Shown here: one piece after another, positions 57,187 to 64,000 of the stretch
How the letters are laid out: every line of letters starts with the position of its first letter
How positions within the stretch are numbered: the first letter of the stretch is position 1
IMG/VR virus record: IMGVR_UViG_2775507252_000002
Location: 6,792-70,791 of that record
Length of the DNA: 64,000 nt
From: a virus
Reading direction: 5' to 3' (one strand)
Notes under the pieces: model-generated
What the model was told of the DNA's origin: nothing
The model's database searches: none
Seen by the model: only the letters and a program-made list of their open reading frames with translations
Program-made: the position numbers and the translations under genes

Positions 57187-57663
57187 ATGACCACCACCAT
57201 CCTCGCCCTCGACTTGGGCACCACCACCGGCTGGGCGCTGCGCGGCAGCGATGGCCACATCACCAGCGGCTCCGAGAGCTTCCGCCCGCAACGCTTCGAA
57301 GGCGGCGGGATGCGCTTCCTGCGCTTCAAGCGGTGGCTCACGGAACTGAAGGCCGCGACCAGCGGCATCGACGCGCTGCACTTCGAGGAGGTGCGCCGCC
57401 ACGTCTCGACCGATGCGGCGCACGCCTACGGCGGCTTCCTCGCCACCCTCACCGCGTGGTGCGAGCACCACCAGATTCCGTATCAGGGCGTGCCGGTCGG
57501 CACGATCAAGAAGCACGCCACGGGCAAAGGCAACGCAGGCAAGGAGGACGTGATCGCTGCCGTCCGCGCGCGCGGTCACGCCCCGTCCGACGACAACGAG
57601 GCCGACGCGCTGGCGCTGCTGCACTGGGCCATCGCGCAGCACGATCTGGAACGGAAGGTGTGA
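57187..57663 (+). CDS. RuvC-like resolvase
   Basis: Paralog of 7391..7864. Confidence 0.85.
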   Translation: MTTTILALDLGTTTGWALRGSDGHITSGSESFRPQRFEGGGMRFLRFKRWLTELKAATSGIDALHFEEVRRHVSTDAAHAYGGFLATLTAWCEHHQIPYQGVPVGTIKKHATGKGNAGKEDVIAAVRARGHAPSDDNEADALALLHWAIAQHDLERKV

Positions 57664-57664
57664 G

Positions 57665-57868
57665 ATGAAGATTCCCACGCCCACCTATCGCTGTCCGCTG
57701 GCCCGCGTCCAGCCCGAGACCACCGACCTCGAAGCGATGAAACAACGCGGCTGGCGCGACCAGCACATCCTCGTCGTCAATGCCACCGACGAACGCCCCG
57801 ACTTCATCGAGCGGGAGTTCATCCGTCGCCTCGGCGAACGGCTCTACGGAGGGACACGTCATGGCTGA
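57665..57868 (+). CDS. Small hypothetical protein
   Basis: Fills the gap, overlaps next start; absent from prophage 1. Confidence 0.65.
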   Translation: MKIPTPTYRCPLARVQPETTDLEAMKQRGWRDQHILVVNATDERPDFIEREFIRRLGERLYGGTRHG

Positions 57869-58259
57869 CCGTCGAACCTCGTGGACGATTGACGACGTGG
57901 CGGCGCGCTTCGAGGAAGCGGCCAGCACCGGGCGTCGCCTGCCACCCGTGCGGGTACAGGGCTACTTCAACACGTGGCCGATCATCGTGCGCAAGGAGTG
58001 GGAAGCCTTTGCCGCCGACGAGCACGTCTACCGACCGTTTCCTCCGACCCCGGACGCCATCGACCGGATGCTGGAGACGATGAAGTGGGTGCAGTGGCTG
58101 GAGGTCGAGCAACGGCATCTGGTGTGGATGCGCGCCAAGCGGTACGGCTGGCGCGACATCACCATCCGCTTCGCCTGCGACCGCACGACGGCATGGCGGC
58201 GCTGGCAGCGCGCCTTGCAGACGGTCGCCGAGCAGCTCAATGGCGTTGTCGTCGCGTAG
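57861..58259 (+). CDS. DUF6362-like probable late activator
   Basis: Paralog of 7866..8288. Confidence 0.65.
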   Translation: MADRRTSWTIDDVAARFEEAASTGRRLPPVRVQGYFNTWPIIVRKEWEAFAADEHVYRPFPPTPDAIDRMLETMKWVQWLEVEQRHLVWMRAKRYGWRDITIRFACDRTTAWRRWQRALQTVAEQLNGVVVA

Positions 58260-58430
58260 TGATTTGGCGTGATTTGGCGCGCGTGGTCTGCAATGCGAGT
58301 GCATCGGCGGGCATCAGCGGTTTTTGAGCGTGCAACAAAAACCGGCTCCCGAGCGTAGTATTCAGTCCATGCTCGGGATCAGTGACGAAGAAGCCACAGT
58401 CGCTTCAAAGCCACGCTCCCGAGGCGAAAT

Positions 58431-58545
58431 GGGCCCTTCCTGCGGAATAACCCATGCGGGGGGCGCGAGCGCGACGCTTTCCTAGCGTCAGGGTGCGAAC
58501 CAAGGTTCGCACGGTTCGCAGGTTCGCACCCCGTCCAGTTCGCAC
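58431..58545 (+). other. Candidate cos site of prophage 2
   Basis: GGGCCCT, same 20-bp core at 58454-58473, five GTTCGCA repeats (one inverted). Confidence 0.6.
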
Positions 58546-58610
58546 CCTTCACTCCAACCCGCCAACGGCATCGTCCGTCGGCGGGTTTCGTTTTTCTGGA
58601 ACCCGAACCC

Positions 58611-60008
58611 TTGAACCTTCTGAACGTCGAGTACCGCAAGGTCGAGACGCTGATCCCCTACGCCCGCAATCCGCGCACGCACAACGACGCGCAGATCGCC
58701 AAGATCGCGGCCAGCATCGTCGAGTACGGCTGGACGAACCCGATCCTGGTCGATGGCGGCAACGGCATCATCGCGGGCCACGGGCGTCTGGCCGCCGCGC
58801 GCAAGTTGGAGTTGGCGGATGTGCCGGTCATCGAACTGGCGCACCTGACCTCGGCGCAAAAGCGCGCCTACGTCATCGCCGACAACCGGCTCGCACTGGA
58901 CGCGGGCTGGGACGAGGAGATGCTGGCGCTGGAACTGGCCGAGCTGTCCCAGGAAGGATTCGACCTCGCGCTCACCGGCCTCGATGCCACCGAACTGGAA
59001 TCTCTGCTCGCGGACGAGGAGGCCTCCGACGCCGAGGCGCAGGACGACGACGCCAGGGATGACGCCGACGAAGTGCCTGATGCTCCGGCCACGCCGGTGT
59101 CCCGCGCGGGCGACGTCTGGGCCATCGGCGCGCATCGCCTGATTTGCGGCGACGCTTCCGATGCCGATGTGGTTGCCACGCTGATGGCGGACGAGCGCGC
59201 GGCGCTGTGCTTCACGTCGCCGCCCTACGGCAACCAGCGCGATTACACCTCCGGTGGCATCGCCGATTGGGATGGCCTGATGCGCGGCGTGTTCGCGCGC
59301 CTGCCGATGGCCGACGACGGCCAGGTGCTGGTCAACCTCGGCCTGATCCACCGCGACAACGAGTTCGTCCCGTATTGGGAGGCGTGGCTCGGCTGGATGC
59401 GCACGCAGGGCTGGCGGCGCTTCGGCTGGTACGTCTGGGATCAGGGGCCGGGAATGCCCGGCGACTGGCAGGGCCGTCTCGCGCCCAGCTTCGAGTTCGT
59501 GTTCCATTTCAACCGCGCCAGCCGCAAGCCGAACAAGATCGTGCCCTGCAAGTTCGCCGGGCAGGAAACGCACCTGCGCGCAGACGGCTCGTCCACCGCG
59601 ATGCGCGGCAAGGATGGCGAGGTCAACGGCTGGACGCACGCAGGCCAGCCGACGCAGGACATGCGCATCCCCGACTCGGTGATCCGCGTCATGCGCCACA
59701 AAGGGAAGATCGGCGAAGGCATCGACCATCCCGCCGTGTTCCCGGTCGCACTGCCGCAGTTCGTCATCGAGTCCTTCACCACCGAGGGCGATGTGATGTT
59801 CGAGCCGTTCGGTGGCAGCGGCAGCACGATGCTGGCCGCCGAGCGCACCGGTCGCATTTGCCGGAGCATTGAGATCGCGCCGGAGTACGTCGATGTCGCT
59901 ATCCGGCGCTTCCGGCAGAACCATCCCGACACCGCCATCACCCTGCTGGCCACCGGCCAGAGCTTCGACGAGGTCGCCGCCGAACGCGAAGTCGAGGTGG
60001 CGGCATGA
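58611..60008 (+). CDS. ParB-like + DNA methyltransferase
   Basis: TSPPY, FEPFGGSGST; paralog of 8619. Confidence 0.92.
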   Translation: MNLLNVEYRKVETLIPYARNPRTHNDAQIAKIAASIVEYGWTNPILVDGGNGIIAGHGRLAAARKLELADVPVIELAHLTSAQKRAYVIADNRLALDAGWDEEMLALELAELSQEGFDLALTGLDATELESLLADEEASDAEAQDDDARDDADEVPDAPATPVSRAGDVWAIGAHRLICGDASDADVVATLMADERAALCFTSPPYGNQRDYTSGGIADWDGLMRGVFARLPMADDGQVLVNLGLIHRDNEFVPYWEAWLGWMRTQGWRRFGWYVWDQGPGMPGDWQGRLAPSFEFVFHFNRASRKPNKIVPCKFAGQETHLRADGSSTAMRGKDGEVNGWTHAGQPTQDMRIPDSVIRVMRHKGKIGEGIDHPAVFPVALPQFVIESFTTEGDVMFEPFGGSGSTMLAAERTGRICRSIEIAPEYVDVAIRRFRQNHPDTAITLLATGQSFDEVAAEREVEVAA

Positions 60009-61267
60009 ACTGGTTGGCCGACAAGATCGAGCAGTGGCCCACGCCGAAGCTCGTGCCCTACGCTCGCAACGCGCGCACGCATTCGGATGCGCAGGTGGCG
60101 CAGATCGCCGCCAGCATCGTGGAGTTCGGTTTCACCAACCCCATCCTCGCGGGCAGCGACGGCGTGATCGTCGCCGGTCATGGACGACTGGCCGCCGCGC
60201 AGAAGCTCGGCCTCGACACCGTGCCGGTAGTCGTGCTCGACCATCTGACGCCAACGCAGCGTCGCGCGCTGGTGATCGCGGACAACCGCATCGCCGAGAA
60301 CGCCGGGTGGGATGAAGAATTGCTGCGCGTCGAACTGGAAGGCTTGCAGGACGAAGGCTTCGACCTCGACCTGACCGGCTTCGACGCCGATGCGCTGGCC
60401 GAATTGCTGGCGGGCGACGAGCTGGTCAACGAGGGCCAGACCGACGAGGACGCAGTGCCGGATGTTGGCGAAACGCCAGTGTCACGGCCCGGCGACGTCT
60501 GGCAGCTCGGCCCGCACCGACTGCTGTGCGGCGATTCGACCGTGGCCGCGAGCTACGAGGCGCTGCTCGATGGCGAGGCCGTGGACATGGTGTTCACCGA
60601 TCCGCCGTACAACGTCAACTACGCCAACAGCGCGAAAGACAAACTGCGTGGTAAGGATCGCGCGATCTTGAACGACAACCTCGGCGATGGTTTCCACGAT
60701 TTCCTGCTGGCGGCGCTGACGCCGATGGTCGCGCACTGCCGTGGCGCGATCTACGTGGCGATGTCGTCCAGCGAACTGGACACACTGCAATCGGCCTTCC
60801 GCGCGGCGGGCGGCAAGTGGTCGACCTTCATCATCTGGGCGAAGAACACCTTCACGCTGGGCCGCGCCGACTACCAGCGCCAGTACGAACCGATCCTCTA
60901 CGGCTGGCCGGAAGGCGGCGAGCGTCACTGGTGCGGCGACCGCGACCAGGGCGACGTGTGGCAGATCAAGAAGCCGCAGAAGAACGACCTGCACCCGACG
61001 ATGAAGCCGGTGGAACTGGTGGAACGCGCGCTGCGCAATTCCAGCCGTCCGGGCAACGTGGTGCTCGACCCCTTCGGCGGTTCCGGCACGACGCTGATTG
61101 CCGCCGAGAAGTCCGGGCGCGTTGCGCGCCTGATCGAACTCGATCCGAAGTACGCCGACGTGATCGTGCGGCGGTGGCAGGACTGGAGCGGCAAGCAGGC
61201 GATTCGCGTGGCCGATGGCCTGCCGTTCGACGATCAGGCGGCGAGTTCCTCGCTGATGGCGCAGTGA
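60005..61267 (+). CDS. ParB-like + DNA methyltransferase
   Basis: TDPPY, LDPFGGSGTT; paralog of 10019. Confidence 0.92.
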   Translation: MNWLADKIEQWPTPKLVPYARNARTHSDAQVAQIAASIVEFGFTNPILAGSDGVIVAGHGRLAAAQKLGLDTVPVVVLDHLTPTQRRALVIADNRIAENAGWDEELLRVELEGLQDEGFDLDLTGFDADALAELLAGDELVNEGQTDEDAVPDVGETPVSRPGDVWQLGPHRLLCGDSTVAASYEALLDGEAVDMVFTDPPYNVNYANSAKDKLRGKDRAILNDNLGDGFHDFLLAALTPMVAHCRGAIYVAMSSSELDTLQSAFRAAGGKWSTFIIWAKNTFTLGRADYQRQYEPILYGWPEGGERHWCGDRDQGDVWQIKKPQKNDLHPTMKPVELVERALRNSSRPGNVVLDPFGGSGTTLIAAEKSGRVARLIELDPKYADVIVRRWQDWSGKQAIRVADGLPFDDQAASSSLMAQ

Positions 61268-61599
61268 ATCACGAAGCCCGTCAGGTAGGGCAGACCGCGC
61301 GGGATGCCGTAGTCGCGGCTGGTCTGGCGTCTAATCGTCCAACCCATCCACTGCTGCGTGGCCGCGTCGATGGCGTCCTGCATGCTCTTGCCGTCGAACA
61401 GGCCGTTGTGGACTTCGTCCGCGAAGTGGCGTCCGTAGCGGCTGTCGAGGAAGGCGCGGACGATGTCGAAGTCCTCGCCCGTGGCATTGGCGACGGCGTT
61501 CATGGCCAAGGGCCACGCGATGCTGGCGTATCCGCCCATCGTGCCCCAGAAGCCCCAACCCTCGTTGCGGGTGGCGGGGATGTTGGTGTCGTTGCTCAT
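61234..61599 (-). CDS. Hypothetical cassette protein (121 aa)
   Basis: AAGGAG RBS; WGFWGT and FLDSRYGRHFAD motifs. Confidence 0.8.
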   Translation of the reverse strand: MSNDTNIPATRNEGWGFWGTMGGYASIAWPLAMNAVANATGEDFDIVRAFLDSRYGRHFADEVHNGLFDGKSMQDAIDAATQQWMGWTIRRQTSRDYGIPRGLPYLTGFVIHCAISEELAA

Positions 61600-61634
61600 T
61601 TCGTGCTCCTTGGTGGCTGCGTTGCGATGCTTGT

Positions 61635-61686
61635 AGTAACGCGCTGTGCGCCGAGGAAGCCAAGCTCTTTCTGCTTGGCTTCCTCG
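61635..61686 (-). promoter_or_regulatory. Cassette promoter motif copy 4 with 14-bp hairpin
   Basis: CTTGGCTT-N8-CACAGCGCGTTACT. Confidence 0.7.
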
Positions 61687-61695
61687 CCGTTTCGA

Positions 61696-62229
61696 TCACG
61701 CCACGCGGTACACGCGCTCGCCGCCCTGCGCCTTGTCCGAGGTGATGGTCAGACCGAGCTTTTTCTTGAACGCTCCGGCGAAGGTGCCGCGCACGGTGTG
61801 CGCCTGCCAGCCGGTGGCGGCGCAGATTTGATTGATGGTCGAGCCTTCCGGACGCTGGAGCATCCGGATGACCTCGGCCTGCTTGCTGTTCTCGCGGCTG
61901 CGCGGCGCGGGCTTGTCGCCCTTGGCCCACGTCGCTTCGGCGGCGGTGACGGCGGCGTCCAGTTCGGGATCGACTTCAGGCAAGGCCTTCGCGGGCTGGC
62001 TGCCGGGGCGCGGCATGCCCAGTGCGTCGTAGCCCTCGGCGGCGACGCGCCAGCCCTTGCGATCCTTGCCGTCGGGCGTGATCAGGGCGCGGTTGAACAT
62101 GCCTTCCAGCATCTTCGTGCGCGCGCCGCCTTTGATGTTGTCGGGAAACCACTCGATCTTGCCGCCGCTGGTGTTGATGGCCTTGGCGAGGATGGCGTGC
62201 TGGGCCGGGGTGAGTTGCGTGGTGCTCAT
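61696..62229 (-). CDS. DUF3489-like protein
   Basis: Paralog of 11251..11844. Confidence 0.8.
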   Translation of the reverse strand: MSTTQLTPAQHAILAKAINTSGGKIEWFPDNIKGGARTKMLEGMFNRALITPDGKDRKGWRVAAEGYDALGMPRPGSQPAKALPEVDPELDAAVTAAEATWAKGDKPAPRSRENSKQAEVIRMLQRPEGSTINQICAATGWQAHTVRGTFAGAFKKKLGLTITSDKAQGGERVYRVA

Positions 62230-62264
62230 GGTCTGCTCCTTTGCAGTGGTTGATTGGGATCGTG

Positions 62265-62295
62265 ATGAACGCGCTGTTCCCGATGGAAGCCAAGC
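62265..62295 (-). promoter_or_regulatory. Cassette promoter motif copy 5
   Basis: CTTGGCTT-N8-AACAGCGCGTTCAT. Confidence 0.7.
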
Positions 62296-62345
62296 TCTTT
62301 CTGCTCGCACAGGAGCCATCCAAAAAATGATTGAAGAAGGTGCCG

Positions 62346-62882
62346 ATGGGACTCTCGATTCGCGCCTACGCGCGCCACCGTGGCGTCTCCGACGCGGCGG
62401 TGCGCAAGGCCATCGCGACTGGTCGCATCACCCCGGAGGCCGACGGAACCGTTGATCCAGAACGCGCCGATGCGGAGTGGGCGCGCAATACCGAAGCGCC
62501 GCGCAGCGGCACGCGGACGAAGCCCGTGCGTGTGGCGGTTCCGCCCGAACCCGCGCCTGCGGGCGACGGCCAGGGTGCATTGCCCGCAGGTGGCGCGTCG
62601 CTGCTTCAGGCCCGCACCGTCAACGAGGTGGTCAAGGCGCAGACCAACAAGGTGCGGCTGGCGCGGCTCAAGGGCGAACTGGTCGACCGCAATCAGGCCA
62701 TCGCCCATATCTTCAAGCTGGCGCGCGCCGAACGCGATGCGTGGCTCAACTGGCCTGCGCGCGTGTCGGCGCAGATGGCGGCGCGGTTGGCGGTCGATCC
62801 GCACACGATGCACGTCGCGCTGGAGGCCGCCGTGCGCGAGCACTTGCAGGAACTGGGCGATCTGCGCCCGCGCGTGGACTGA
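62346..62882 (+). CDS. Terminase small subunit
   Basis: Paralog of 12616..13161. Confidence 0.75.
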   Translation: MGLSIRAYARHRGVSDAAVRKAIATGRITPEADGTVDPERADAEWARNTEAPRSGTRTKPVRVAVPPEPAPAGDGQGALPAGGASLLQARTVNEVVKAQTNKVRLARLKGELVDRNQAIAHIFKLARAERDAWLNWPARVSAQMAARLAVDPHTMHVALEAAVREHLQELGDLRPRVD

Positions 62883-64000
62883 TGGACATCGACTACGAAG
62901 GCGCTGCCGAGATCGCACGCGCGTGGCGCGAAGGCTTGACGCCCGATCCGCTGCTCACCGTGTCGGAATGGTCGGATCGCCACCGGATGCTATCCAGCAA
63001 GGCATCCGCCGAGCCGGGACGCTGGCGCACCAGCCGCACGCCGTACCTGAAAGACATCATGGATTGCCTGTCGCCGACCTCGCCGGTCGAGCGCGTGGTG
63101 TTCATGAAGGCCGCGCAGCTCGGCGCGACCGAGATGGGATCGAACTGGATCGGCTACGTCATCCACCATGCGCCGGGGCCGATGATGGCCGTGTGGCCGA
63201 CGGTGGAGATGGCCAAGCGCAACAGCAAGCAACGCATCGATCGGCTGATCGAGGAGTCCGGTGTGCTGGCCGAACTGATCGCACCGGCGCGCTCGCGCGA
63301 TTCGGGAAACACGATTCTGGCGAAGGAGTTTCGCGGCGGCGTGCTGGTGATGACGGGCGCGAACAGCGCCGTCGGCCTGCGCTCGATGCCGGTGCGGTAT
63401 CTGTTCTTGGACGAGGTGGACGGCTATCCGCTGGACGTCGAGGGCGAAGGCGATGCGATCTCGCTGGCGGAGGCGCGCACGCGCACCTTCGCGCGGCGAA
63501 AAATCTTCATCGTCTCCACGCCAACGATTGCCGGAGCCTCGTCCATCGAGCGCGAATACGAGGCCAGCGACCAGCGCCGCTACTTCCTGCCGTGCCCGCA
63601 TTGCTCGCACCGGCAGTGGCTGCGCTTCGAGCAGCTGCGCTGGGACAAGGGCGCGCCGGAGACGGCGACCTACGTCTGCGAATCCTGCGACACCGCGATT
63701 GCCGAGCATCACAAGACGTGGATGCTCGAACACGGCGAATGGCGAAAGATGGTCGAGGGCACGGGCAAGACGGCAGGCTTCCACCTGTCCTCGCTCTACA
63801 GCCCGGTGGGCTGGCGCTCCTGGCGCGACATCGCCGCCGCATGGGAAGCCGCCGTCAGCAAGGAATCCGGATCAGCGGCGGCAATCAAGACCTTCAAGAA
63901 CACCGAACTCGGCGAGACGTGGGTCGAGGAAGGCGAAGCGCCCGACTGGCAACGCCTCGTCGAACGCCGCGAGGACTACCGCATCGGCAACGTGCCGCAA
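62882..64000 (+). CDS. Terminase large subunit (partial, runs off window)
   Basis: Paralog of 13164..15113. Confidence 0.93.
   Translation, partial: MDIDYEGAAEIARAWREGLTPDPLLTVSEWSDRHRMLSSKASAEPGRWRTSRTPYLKDIMDCLSPTSPVERVVFMKAAQLGATEMGSNWIGYVIHHAPGPMMAVWPTVEMAKRNSKQRIDRLIEESGVLAELIAPARSRDSGNTILAKEFRGGVLVMTGANSAVGLRSMPVRYLFLDEVDGYPLDVEGEGDAISLAEARTRTFARRKIFIVSTPTIAGASSIEREYEASDQRRYFLPCPHCSHRQWLRFEQLRWDKGAPETATYVCESCDTAIAEHHKTWMLEHGEWRKMVEGTGKTAGFHLSSLYSPVGWRSWRDIAAAWEAAVSKESGSAAAIKTFKNTELGETWVEEGEAPDWQRLVERREDYRIGNVPQ

Larger units (their letters stand above)
47276..64000 (+). mobile_element. Prophage 2 (partial; the regulatory/defence block 40.4-47.2 kb probably also belongs to it)
   Basis: Recombinase module followed by gene-for-gene paralogs of prophage 1 up to terminase. 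Confidence 0.92.

Noticed and set aside
50299..64000. Assembly duplication of prophage 1
   Set aside because: The copies differ throughout and have different accessory genes

Overview
GC-rich, proteobacterial-looking DNA containing two related but diverged lambda-like (siphovirus-type) prophages in tandem and in the same orientation. Prophage 1 (1 to ~34.6 kb, left end outside the window) is nearly complete: recombination/replication genes, P4-type primase-helicase, candidate cos, two ParB-fused DNA methyltransferases, a leftward cassette array, terminase, head, tail (with a -1 frameshift chaperone) and lysis genes. An accessory zone (~34.7-47.2 kb) holds a lower-GC HNH plus double-methyltransferase pair, an McrB-like gene cut by an IS3 remnant, DUF2188, two unknown genes, and an XRE / ImmA-IrrE / DUF262-DUF1524 / HEPN-like-LOTUS operon. 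Prophage 2 starts with a DUF2924-serine recombinase module (~47.3 kb) and repeats the same gene order up to the large terminase, where the window ends. Comparing the two prophages exposes conserved non-coding signals: a six-copy promoter-like motif heading single-gene cassettes and the recombinase operon, lambda-like cos sites whose repeats co-vary with the small-terminase helix, and candidate origins. All family assignments come from motifs and synteny recognised by eye; no searches were run.
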